The notes under the pieces are model-generated. The model ran no database searches, was not told where the DNA came from, and saw only the letters and a list, made by a program, of their open reading frames with translations. The position numbers and the translations under genes were made by a program. 64,000 bases of DNA from Hydrolagus affinis (Eukaryota): assembly GCA_012026655.1 (NCBI GenBank), contig JAAILG010000006.1:62001-126000 (forward strand), in the 5' to 3' direction. The first letter of the stretch is position 1. Every line of letters starts with the position of its first letter. This document shows positions 1 to 11,856 of this stretch, in pieces.

Positions 1-58
1 TGTTATATCGGCAACTGATCTGAATCAGCTCCAGCCCCATGAATAAGAAGATTAGCTC

Positions 59-399
59 GTGGAGCTCCTGTAGCTTAGTGGTTAGAGCACTCGTCTTGCA
101 AGCTGGGGAGACCAAGCTGGGGAGACCTGTGTTCGAATCCAGGCAGGTCAGGGCGAAACCTTGGGCAAGTTTCCTCACTCCACACGCCTAATAATAATAC
201 GTCTAAAAAATACCACAATAATAAAATTGGTCGTTTCAATCCACGACTGTTTGTGGGACATTGCTGTGCACAATTGGCTGCCGCGATTCGCCCACAAATA
301 TACAGTCAATTCACTTTACGATACATTCTGTGAAGCGCTTTGGGACGTCGATAAGATGTGAAAAGCGCTATATCAAATGCAAGGATTATTATTATTATT
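59..399 (+). mobile_element. Full-length tRNA-derived SINE (young subfamily; Deu-like centre, L2-type tail)
   Basis: Has the Pol III A-box TAGCTTAGTGG and B-box GTTCGAATCC. The centre reads GACTGTTTGTGGGACATTGCTGTGCACAATTGGCTGCCGCG and the 3' end GTGAAAAGCGCTATATCAAATGCAAGG(ATT)n. A near-identical inverted copy lies at 59363-59710. Confidence 0.92.
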
Positions 400-1224
400 A
401 GACAATTGATTTGAATTTTGGGGGTAGATTTGTGGAGACTAATCTCATGCCAAAGGTATGTTAAAATTTTGAATGCATATGCATTTGATTTTGCACCACA
501 AGTGAGTGAGGCTCTTAACTGCAGTGTAAGGCCACTGGGAAGCAAGTCGATTTCACCTCTTCTTTCCATTGGTTTTGTATGCAGTTCCCAGTGTGTGCTC
601 ATCCAGAATATGTTAGAGTTTTTTTTTCTCTCTCCCACCTCATCTGCTTTGTTTTATGACCCAGTAACCCTACTCAGAAATCTGCTTCCCGTGGTTAATT
701 TGCAAGCCGGTAACAAGCCTTTAGATTCTGTTTAAGATGCTTTCATTTAAGTGTTTAGCAAAAGATATATTGCAGCAATGTTATCTTTCTTAAAACCTTA
801 TTCTGGATTGTACAATAGTTGAATGTCACTGTGAAGGTAAAAACATTCAAAAGTAATGTATCTAAAATAGACATCTCTGCTTTACTTAATATCCCAACAA
901 CCTCTTTGTGTGATAAATGAGAAAAATATCCTATTTCTGTCAGTGCAATCTTTAGCATGTCTAATGCATCACCGACCTCTATCATTCTTCAACCTAACAA
1001 ACTAATAGTAATGCCATGTTATGTGGTGCACAATTCCACTATCTTTCAAACCCAATATCAATGACTTTTATGAGGTGACACAGTGGCGGAGAACAATGCT
1101 GTTTCATTGTCGAGGTCCTTCGAGTTAACGCTCTATTGCACAACATGGGATCGTATCATTTCTGTAAGATAGTCAACAGTAATTTGTGCAGGATAGCGAC
1201 TCAGAGCACTTAACAGAGTGCCTT

Positions 1225-1400
1225 ACATCGAGCAGGGGGAAGGTGACCGTAGGTACGGTCCAACAGCGAGGACTTCAGGTATAATCCGAAAATGAGGAAA
1301 GAGGGGCAAGAGAGGGAGAGAGTTCCAAAGTTTTGGGGTGCAGTGTCTTAAAGATCGGCTGCTGATGGTGGAGCAGAGGGGACAAGGAATAATCAGACCA
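1225..1400 (-). mobile_element. Degraded L2 LINE 3' fragment
   Basis: Minus-strand translation ...RSLRHCTPKLWNSLP matches the L2 ORF2 C-terminal motif RAFS..AP.LWNSLP. Confidence 0.65.
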
Positions 1401-2321
1401 TTTTCTGATACTTTCTTCACACAGCAAAGTGTAGAGTTATGAAGGGTATAGGTGGAGTTAGGGGAAATCAGAGTGTGGGTTAATCAACGATTTCTCTTAC
1501 AGGGTTTAAGATCAACGTTACTGGAGGTTTTAGTATAGCCTTATTATAATAAATATTAATAATCCATGCTTTTGATGTTCCAGGGTTCACGTCAGGAAGA
1601 TGTCTCAAAACACTTCACAGGATAAACTGTAAAAAGTGTAATGATCGTGAATTTTGTCGGTGTAAATGTTCCTTTCTCTAGCCCAGGGCTTATTGAAGCC
1701 AATTGTAGCCCTATCTACTTCCATTGCTAAGATGAAAAGCCTGAAATTCCACCTTGTTTTAGCCTGCAGGATCTATTTGTCTTAAAATTAAACGATCTTT
1801 CAGAATTGAGGAAATAAAATCCTGCATTCAGTCTGAATTTGAAAGTCTGCTCCACCTAAGAACTGCAGGAAATTGCCTGCCATATATTCTGAAATATTCT
1901 GAAATTTAGAAGTTTTCACAAATCTTCAACTTTAAGGCATTATGGTTTTGCAATTTAACAATGTCTAAAATCAAATATTTGCAGTCGATGCGGCAATTAT
2001 TAAATCATTATGTTTTATGGGAGAATCTCATGAAGTGAGAATATATTAAACATCCCATATTTCTAGTTCTGTGAGTTAAACACAAGGTTTCACAGGAGAT
2101 GTAGTACTGTACTGTCCTAACTACAAAGCTCTCAATCCTGTGGTGCAACGGAAAACGAGGAAAACATTTGACATGAGTATCGAGTAGAGTCCTTTAAATC
2201 ATAGTAGCACTTATAATGTTGGCTCCATTATTTTCCTCAAGCGATCATTTTTCACATTTCAGCCTGGAAACAGACCAGGAGTCTGTTTCACCAAGGAGTC
2301 AGTGCTGAATCTGACATATAT

Positions 2322-2600
2322 AACAACAACAACTTCGATTTATATATTGCCCTCCACGCCAGACGGAGTCTCAGAGCATATTTCCGATATAACAACAACT
2401 TACTTTTATATAGTGCCCCTGATTCAGGCTGATATCTTGGATTGCTGCACTGTGGCTGTTTGGGTGGTGAGCAGGGGAGAAAGAGGTGGGGAAGGGCCCT
2501 TTAGGCATGGTGAAACTAGAGGTAGTTTAATAAGGTGGGATTTAAAGATAGATAAAGATGAGGATGTGATGAAGGGATTGAGGGAGGAGTAGGATGGACT
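2322..2600 (-). mobile_element. Two short L2 3'-tail insertions plus an L2 body fragment
   Basis: (ACA)n-ACTT..TTTATAT..GCCC tails at about 2322 and 2391, followed by purine-rich L2 antisense sequence (minus translation SIFKSHLIKLPL). Confidence 0.6.
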
Positions 2601-3072
2601 GGACCAAAGATAGACCACTGGGATATTCTACCCCACCACCCCCACACCATCTGTAACCACCCCCCACCCCTCCACACACTTTTTTTTATTAGCTGAGGGT
2701 AGATGCAATCTGTCCTCATACTCTATCACTATCACCCAGGCTGAGATCAGTACTCCCTGGTGTACATCGTTATGAAGAATCCCTTTCTAGGCTAGCTTGG
2801 CTTCTCACCATATGCTATTGTTTGTTACAAATCATTAATGAAAAAAATGTATTATAGTAAACCGTAAAAAACATTTAATTGTCCAGTCAAGAAGACAAGT
2901 GTTGTAAAAAAAAACCAGTATACAATATTTCAATTCATTTGCTTTATTCATTCTTTTAATGAAATGGGCCATGTTCACAACTAAGTGATAGCCGGCAGCA
3001 GGCAGTAACGTCACGATTGATTGATTGCATTCAAAGTCGTGTGCTTGTGCGTTTCATTGTCTAGTATGTGCA

Positions 3073-3340
3073 GAGTCCTGTAGCTCAGTGGTTAAAGCAC
3101 TCGTCTTACTAGCAAGAGACCTGGGTTCAATTCCAGGCAGGAATTTCACATTCCTGATAATAATCGCTCAAACAAATGAATAATAAATTGGTAATTTCAA
3201 TCCATGACTGTTTTTGGGACACTGCTGCCGCGTTTCGCCCACAAACATACAGTCAATTAACTTTTCAGTATATTCTGTGAAGCACTTTGAGATGTCTAGA
3301 AGACGTAAAAAAGCGCGATATCAAATGCAAGGATTATTAT
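3073..3340 (+). mobile_element. tRNA-derived SINE, near full length
   Basis: Head GAGTCCTGTAGCTCAGTGGTTAAAGCAC with B-box GGTTCAATTCC, a partially deleted centre and the tail AAATGCAAGGATTATTAT. Confidence 0.88.
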
Positions 3341-4344
3341 CTTCCATTGTGAAATTGAAAGAGGAATTCATTGAGATTTCTGGAGGTAATGGTTTTGGGA
3401 ATGGGCTGAAGTTAACTCATTCCCATTCTAGAGTAACTACTGTTAGTCAAATGAACTTTAAGGGTTTGTTGGGTTGCTGAATCTTTGATAGTGCCCTATC
3501 CCTATACCCGCCTACCTGTTACCTGAGTAACAAGCATTTTTGAGCTATTCAACTTTCTGTTTACAACAGTGTCCGTATGAAAATCAATATTAAGCGCAGC
3601 ATTGGTAGTGGGAAATAGAACTGAGGTTAGCCTTGCACTCTTCCACTCACTAAAACAAATTTGCCAAATAGGAATTTAGAAAGATAGTAATGCCTCTTTC
3701 TCAAATGTCTTTTTCAAATCTACATAGAACATTGGAACATGAAAGTGCAGGGGTTGGGGAAGATGACTGAAGGGTACAGTGACTATTGCTATAGCCACAA
3801 GCTATTGTAAGATTGAAGCAAGGCTAATGCTCAGATACTCAGGAGGCAGGAATGATGGTAGCCCCTGAAAGAACCAAGATCAAATCATTGTGTAAAGTTC
3901 AGGGGTGGTCACAGATAAAATGCCACACTGTTTGAAGCGGTGATGATTGTTATGGTGGTGATTTATAAATCAATGATAATGAGTGCATTATTTATCCACC
4001 TTCCTCTCTGTGCAGGTTGTGCGTTACACACAATGGATCATATCTATGTTGAAGGACCGATGACTGTGAATCAAAGACCAACAAACCTTGTTGAAGAAGT
4101 GGAGTTAACAATGATGATAATCTTGCCATTTGATATTGCAACCAGAATATCTCCAAGTGCTTCACAGTTTCTGTGAAGCATAAGTGACTGTGTTGGCTGT
4201 TTGTGGTCCTGCTATGTGCTGGAGTGTTTGACTATCCAGTGACTATATTGGACAGCAATTGCCTGTGAAGCACTTTAAGCAATTGATGTACAAGCACTTG
4301 ATAAAATGCAAGGAATATTATGGCTATTAGCATGGCCGTATTGT

Positions 4345-4590
4345 CACAGAATCAGATAGGAGAGCCTCCGATGAAAAATAACCTCTTAAATCCATTTGAT
4401 CCCATCTTTCCAAAATACCAACACTTTAGCATTGCACTAACAAGCCAATTTGTAAAATGAGTGCAGCGTCCTAGCATCCAAATATACTTCTCAGGAATCC
4501 AATCCAACTATTGATCATCCTCAGTGTAAAGAAATACGTCCCATATCTGTGCTAAACTTGCCTTTCAGAACCTGAAACCTGTGCCTCCGA
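4345..4590 (-). mobile_element. Degraded CR1 LINE 3' end
   Basis: Antisense CR1 3' features (TCCAA..ATTGATCATCCTCAGTGTAAAGAAATAC; AACCTGTGCCTC, equivalent to RGH.FK). Similar to the sense copy at about 20850-21170. Confidence 0.55.
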
Positions 4591-6940
4591 GATTATATGT
4601 AGATCTACTGATATTTCTCTCCTAACACAGCAGCTACTGTAGTTGATGCACTAATTCAACAATCAGTCACTGAACTATTGTTTCGCCCACATCCATCACT
4701 CTAATGCATTTTCTTTTCGAGCCTGCAGCTTACTGGTTTCAATCTCTGTCTCGCAGAGTAAAACAACATATAAAGATATATATTTACATATCAACACATG
4801 GCACTTTGTATTGAAATACACACACTCTTATACTCTTTGTAATAAAGTACTATACACACTGTACTCTTCAATAAGGTACCTGGTAAACCACGAGCAATGA
4901 AAAAATAATGCGGACATTTGCTGAGCACTTGGGAGGAGATGGTAGGAATAAGGAAATCATTTTTAAAAGCCCTCAATGATTAAGACTTCAATAGAAATTG
5001 GTTTCAAATTGATCGTTAAAACCGCAAAGGGTAGAAGAGTTAAGATTTAGTACAACATTCAGGAGTCTGAGTGGGCTCTTCATGAAGAGATACAATAAGC
5101 AAATTCTCAAATAAGTTTTCCCCATTGACTGTAACCTTAGGTGAGCGCTTTGAATGTGAAGCACTTCCCCCTCGGTGAGGTTCTGGGTGACTTTTCCGTT
5201 TAAATTATGCACTATACTGTCTTTGGAATCCGTATATGAACAATGGCTCCTGGAAACTATGAAGAAATCAATTGAATTCAAGCGGAAGTCAAACAGGCAG
5301 AATATATTGACACATCAGTGAAGAGGATCCCCACAGAGTAGAAACACTACTGCAGTACACTGATGTGCTTCAACTAATCAGGAGCCACTGGACTTTCCTT
5401 TTTCATTAGTCCCTGACAAGGTTTCATTGTGTTTGCTTTCAAAAAAAAGATAAGGTGGGATTTTCATCCAGGTTTAGAGGGCTTTCTGTTTCATATCCAC
5501 AAATTTATCAGCTGAATTCTACTGCACTGAAACCAGACATCAAAACAGTGTCACTCAAGGCTATGGACGGAATGGTAGGACAATAAACATGCCATAAAAA
5601 AAAGACACAACGATGTTCTCTTCTGACAACACTCTTCAGCACAAAGTTTTATTGGTGGAGCAATCGGCAGGACTTGCTGGCAAGGAAATATAATAGCAAA
5701 AGAACGATTTTTCCAGGAACCGAGAACCTTGCGTTCGAATGCAGCCCCAATTTCTTTGCTGGTGTCTGGAGGGCACCCTTTATTCACCCACCCAGGGAGC
5801 ATACCATTAATGTGAGGAAGAAAATAGGTTCAAAAGAATTTCTCAATTCATCAAACGTAGGTCAAACTGCAACCAGTTTTATCTGCATTAAACATTTGAT
5901 ACCTGAAAATATTCAGTTTTCCAACGAACGTCATTTAAAAAAAATTAAAATGTCCTTTGAACTGACTGTTTCATTGTCGCTACTTAAATAAAGCGATCCC
6001 TTGCGCAAGTGAAATATCACAAAAGTATTACAATAGACAGCATCTACCCCTCCACAAAAATGATGTGACAGAAGCAGTGCTCCTGTTGAATTGCAGATTG
6101 CCAAAAAGACCACATTGTTGGATGTAGTCAGACAACCCAAGTGTGCTGACACAAGCTACTTCTTTTCATAAAACACTACTTCCAGGAGCAGATAATGCTG
6201 AACATTTTGTTCTGTGCATACAAGTGAATGACAATGTTGATAAGGGTGCACATTGCTGGAAAGGAATTCAATTGACTTGCATATTACATGTTCCCGTGGA
6301 TCACAGTGCTCGTTACATTTTATTGAAACAACAGCAAATTGCTACATCAGCTGGAGAGCAAAAGAAAAATATTGCACACTGTGGCTTTTATATTTATTAA
6401 AAGTGGATTGAGGTTCAGATTTGATTCATTATTAATCAATACAGTTGTTTATAAGCTAATGTGGGGGTTCTAAACTTTCTCACTTCCTTTTGGAACTTAT
6501 TTCCCAGGACTGGAGAAATTCTGTGGTTGTCACTGATGGAGGGTTCAAACTGCACAAATTTCAACGCTGTTGGACTGAATTCAATTTACCTGTTATTTAG
6601 ATATCAAGACCAGGGAATGGAACACATTTGAACAGGATGTTATGAGTCTCGGGGATGATTCTATAGTCGTTACACTTCCACGCTAGCAATTCTGCCAATC
6701 ACTCCAACTTGAATACGAGCCACTGATGATTGTTGTCTGCTGTACTGGTTCTGCTTGATGGCACTTTTATTGCATATGGTTCCACTGTAGACTTGAGTGA
6801 CTGTATTGATGGTTGTGTTTAAAGTGCGGTTGAGTCCTGTTATTGCTGCTCTGAGTTTGCCTGACAAAACGACGCCAGGAATGAAAGACAATATCGGGGT
6901 TCCTTATGATATTCTATTTGTTCCCCTCGAATACCATCCT

Positions 6941-6981
6941 CCACACACTCACACACACACACATACAAAACGCACACATAC
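6941..6981. repeat. (AC)n microsatellite, imperfect
   Basis: ccacacactcacacacacacacatacaaaacgcacacatac. Confidence 0.85.
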
Positions 6982-9009
6982 AAATGTTTGCAATATCCAT
7001 TTGAGACCTCAAAATTATTTTCATTCCGCGCAGAGAATTTTGCAGACATTTAAATCTCTTTCTCCTCTTGCATTTGCTACAGCACTTTTCATGTTGGAAA
7101 GGCACATCAAAGCCCTTTGCAAGGTGTACTATAAAGTGGAGTGAATGTATTTTTCTGATACTATTTGCTCATTTCAATGAATCATCTTCCAGCGTGTAGC
7201 AGAATCCTTTCATTTCCACCGACACATATCGATAGGAACTGGGGAAAAGAAGTAATAATTCTTGACACTACTACCTGCCAGCCCTAGACCAGCTCACACA
7301 CCGACAGATGACCAACTGATTGATAGAGGGGAATGAAAGAACGCTCTCACGTCTTAAGCTATTCCTTTTTTGTTTCTTTCCCCAAATCATTGTGTCCAAT
7401 GGAGTATTAGTTCAGCCCAATCTGTACCCAATCCTATTTCCTTCATACTTTGCTCAAACAGATATTTATCCAAATGATCAATGAAGGCATTGACCATGCA
7501 GCAGTGTATTTTCCCTCTTCGTTTCCCCCAGAAATGTCCATTTCTCTCTTATCCTTCAGATCAGGGATAATAAGATACCAATATGATTCTAGATCTCTGC
7601 CTAAACTCTCTGTCTAAGCTTCCCTCATTGATACCCTTGAATCCTGAGCCATGATGCCCACACTACTCCTGGAAGGATAAATACAGTGAAGCTCTCCCTT
7701 ATAGTACTGATTAAGTAGATTGAGCAATGTATTTTTTCATGGTTCATGGTAAGTATGTATTTCTAATTTGGGTCAAAATGCTAATGCCTGAAGTGACAGG
7801 TCCGAAGTTCAAGTATTGTAAACAGAATCCAATGGGTATATGCAATCAGTCTCCAATTTGATACGATTTTACAAACAGTTCTGGTTTGATATCAAATATC
7901 ATCGTGTAATATAGTATCGAGCAAGTGACCTTATCTAAGTAATTACTTGTTACGAGGCTCAAAGGTTAAGAATGAAATTAAAGAGTCAAATCTGTTCAAT
8001 TTTGCAAAAGTGATGCATTTCAATGATTTACTGGTTGGGTGAATTCCACTGCCAAATGTGAGGAAGGATCTTCATAGCATGCAATGTTGTACATTTTGGA
8101 GTCAAATATGGTAACACATTCTTTGCGATAATTATCGCATTTACCACCAATGGTAAATGTTGTGATATCATAATAATCCTGGTTTTTGATACAGCACTTA
8201 TAGTACTATAGTATCAGAGCACTTCACAGACTCTATTTGCAGGCAAATGGAACAGCCATTTTGCGCAAAACAGCCAGTTATTATCAGGGGTGGGAGTTGC
8301 AAGTTGTCAGTAAGAGAAATGCCCTTTCTTTGTAAAGTGGCAATGGGATCTTTCAACATCCGCCTGAACTGGCACACGGAATTTATTGCGTCACCCGGGA
8401 GGATGATTTACAAATGTTGCCCCATTATTTGTTTTCCGCGGAGTGCATTTTGGATTACGGTGACCCGCGTATCCCCTAGTGAAATGTTGTATAACATTCT
8501 CCGTTAGTTTGGAGGAGTAATACATTTCATTTCAGGGCAGCCCCCGGTCTCCCTTTCACACGGGACCTACTGATCCCAACTCTTTATTTTGTTTGATTGT
8601 TGCAAAGGCGCACCTCCATGAAAAATTTCTAGAAGATAAATCACATCTTCCTAACAGAACATGAAATGTGCAGCCTAAATGAAAGAATTACAAAACAGTA
8701 ACATCTGCTGCCAATTTCAGGAATCCCTGCAGGATCAACTCTGAATGAAAATGCAAGCAATACATTCTCCAGCAAGGATCTTGTTGTAATGACAAACCCT
8801 GTAACTGGATATAGAAGCAAACAGTTACACATATTACATGCACCCTTGGGTTAAATTTCTTTCTTGGGCATTTCACCAACCCTATATCATGCCATCTGGC
8901 CAGTTGTTTTCCCCGATCCACAGTCCGGTTTCTTCTCATCTTCTGTCCAGTAGTTGAAGGGCACAGGTCTGCTCCATGCCATTGGTAGTTGAACTTTCAG
9001 CCTTTCTGT

Positions 9010-9362
9010 CTGCCTTCATTCGCTGGATCTCCGTCCCAGAACTCATTCACCTCGCCCCCTCCCTTACAACCTTCAAAGCCTGTTTTCAAGACCTTCTTCT
9101 GAAACGGTCCCATCGGTCACCCCAAATCCATCCCTTTTCCTCCACCCTCCCCGTCCCTGACCCCAGCTCGGGTCTGAAACAATAACTGTCCAGCACCTTG
9201 ACGTGAAAGGCGCTATATAAGTGTAATTTTGTTATTGTTGTTCCTCTTTGACCATGCCTTTGGTCACCCTTACACCTCCACACCCTCTTCACTGACCAGT
9301 GCCTTGGGATGTCCTCCCATCGTGAAAGGCGCTTTATAAATGCAATTTGTTGTTGTTGTTGC
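9010..9362 (+). mobile_element. L2 LINE 3' end with a second tandem L2 tail
   Basis: Translation APSLTTFKACFQDLL and a 3'UTR CCCCAGCTCGGGTCTGAAAC shared with about 58260. There are two GTGAAAGGCGCT(A/T)TATAA..TG..ATTT(GTT)n termini. Confidence 0.8.
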
Positions 9363-9974
9363 TGTCCAGTCAGACCCAATACTTCTCTGATAGCAGCATG
9401 TAAATCTGAATTGCAGTAGGAACCTACAAAAATTACTGTTTTATATTCAGATCAACTAACTTTCAGATGTTCTCACTGATCAGGGCATTTCTCATGGTTC
9501 TATAATTTCCCTTCCATCATTGCCTCTAGTTGTATGAAAAAAATAATATGTAATATCTTCAATGATTCACATTCATGGACCAAGAGTGCACAAAAGAGAA
9601 GACACAAAATTCATATTGCCTTGGGCAGGATAAATTCTGCATGTCCACTTCCACTGAAACTTTTGTTTCAGAAATAGAAGGAAGCTTAGACGCAAACCCT
9701 CTTTGCTGCCAGTTCACCAAGGAAACAAAATCCATTTGTCCTTTTCCCCAAAACAAATCATTTCAATTGGAAAAACATTTGTTTTGTAAACGGCTCTGAT
9801 CTAAATCCATTACTGCATTTTAAAGTACATGTATGTAGGAAATCAATTCATTGAAAGAACAAAACAACAACAACCTTGATGGACAATCTTGACAGAACCT
9901 GAACCAAAGCAATTTACCAATCTCATAATGCTGTATTACGGAATACTGTGAGTTTGAGCCAAATGCTGTTGTAT

Positions 9975-10390
9975 TATAATAATCCTTGCATTTGATATAG
10001 CGCCTTATCATGTTGTTGAGAGATTTAAAAAAGTTGATTATATTTTGTGGGCGAAAAGTGATAGCATTTCGCACAGTAGTGTCCCACAAATAGTTGTGGA
10101 TTGATGGACCAAATTATTTATAGATTAGTTTGTCTTTTGGGGGTGGGATTATTATCCCTGTAAAGCAATGTGCCAATTGACTAACAAACAGGTTCCTACT
10201 TACTGTTCGGTAAAAAGAGGAATGTAGAGCAAGAAAATTTGTCTAAAATTCACCTTGTCCAGGAACCGGAGTCCTCTTACTTGTGAGGTAAGTGCTCCAA
10301 CCAATACTCAACAGACATGACTCACAGAAAACAGATTCACAGAATATACTGTAAAACGAATTGACTGTATGCTTGTGGGCGAAACACAAT
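9975..10390 (-). mobile_element. SINE, long subfamily, plus an adjacent 3' fragment
   Basis: Antisense tail ATAATCCTTGCATTTGATATAGCGCC, the extra central block GCCAATTGACTAACAAACAGGTTCCTACTTACTG, and a decayed tRNA head ending near 10303. Confidence 0.8.
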
Positions 10391-11717
10391 GGATTCTTGG
10401 GTGGAATGCTTGTATCCTTGTACAACTCGGAGGGTAGACACTACTTGCTTATATAGTCTCTGCCCCTCTTTTATTTGGTTGCACATCACCAGAACCGACA
10501 ACTATGCTTGGTGACTTTCTCAGAGGCATCAGTCCATCCCTGTATGGCCAACTCCACTGGATTCTTGCTCTGTGAAAAGATTAGATGGCATCAATACAAA
10601 TATACACATGATCCATTTGGGTACTTCCTTGCAGAGGTCCTGATGACATAATCATTGCATAAGGGTTGTATTGGCCAGAACCATTGAACTGTCAGCTCCT
10701 TTGTAATTGATTGAGCTTTACTGCAATCTGTTGTCTATTGCTTCTGCTGCAACAATAATTCCATGAAAATTCTCCATCCTCACTGAGTGAAAAAACAACC
10801 TGAGCATCCAAAAATACATGTGCCTAGTGCCATTTAAAAGGCTCAGCCTTTTGTGTCTTGATAGTTGAAGCACAACAGTAAAATACAAATCTGGGCTGAA
10901 GAAGAAATGACTGCTGGCACAGTAGTAAGTCTTCCCTACACAAAATAGCTGGAATCTGTCCAACAAATCAACCGGTCTTGCACTCGCTGGATGGGTACAT
11001 TAGGGTCCCTGCAGTTCATTTCAGGGCTCAGTTTGTCATCCTGAGGAGATAAAGTGGGACACTTCAGTCTTCAGAGAAGGTGACCCAGAGGGGACTTCAT
11101 AGAAGTTCAAAACATGATAAATGGGATTGAAAACCCCCACATCAGTACCTTAGGACAGAGAAGATGACCTGAACGTAGAACTGATCCTACCCTCCTCCAG
11201 TAACACCGAAACCTTTGCAACCCAAGAAAAATATGCTCGTCCTCATCTGCACTTATGTACTTTCCAATGCCATGCCCAGATTGTACCTTAGCTCAATTTT
11301 TTTTTCAATGAGTGAATTGGTGCAGATTTAGTTGGGAGGTTGCTCCATTTGTCTGTTGGTGGATACGATGCTCAGAATCACACACATACTTTATCATTCC
11401 AACAGATTGCGATGCAAGATTCAACTGTAGTTTTTGAACAATTGATCTTTGAAATCCTTGCGTAACCTCCGATCGAAACCAGTGCCGCTGACCTGCAACG
11501 AAGCAGAGAACGGTACAGCACCAATTGTAGAAGTATTCATTCAGCAATCCAGATGCCTTTGCTGAATTGATCTTGTGGTTGTTGAACTTGGGCACAGTTA
11601 TCATTATGTTACTGGTAGAACACTGTGATAAAACTCTTATTGAGGAGTTCCATAATAAAAATACATACTGCCTAACAACAGTATCAGATCAAGATGTTTG
11701 TACGATGGCCCCGCAGA

Positions 11718-11856
11718 TTGCTGTACGCAATTGGTTGCCGCGTTTCGCCCACAAATATACAGTCAATTCACTTTACGGCATATTCTCTGAAGCTTTGAGA
11801 TGTCTAGAAAATATGAAAAGTGCAAAATCAATTGCAGGGATTATTATTGTTATTAG
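11718..11856 (+). mobile_element. SINE 3' half
   Basis: ATTGCTGTACGCAATTGGTTGCCGCGTTTCGCCCACAAATATACAGTCAATTCAC through to the tail, matching 260-399. Confidence 0.85.

Noticed and set aside
62-150. tRNA gene
   Set aside because: The A/B boxes belong to a SINE head. The cloverleaf is disrupted by a duplication and continues into SINE body and tail.
161-361. Recurring ORF family (161..361, 59403..59609, 11567..11869, 16174..16497) that looks like paralogous small proteins
   Set aside because: These are translations of the same SINE in different copies, not genes.
5076-5089. Isolated short palindromes and hairpins (CTCTTCATGAAGAG; also 2267-2289, 7885-7896, 33211-33231, 61751-61775)
   Set aside because: Stems of 6-9 bp are expected several times by chance in 64 kb of AT-rich DNA, and there is no supporting context.
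8479-8500. miR-203-like start GTGAAATGTT
   Set aside because: Only the first 10 nt match. The rest differs from miR-203, and the match lies on the 5' arm rather than the 3' arm.
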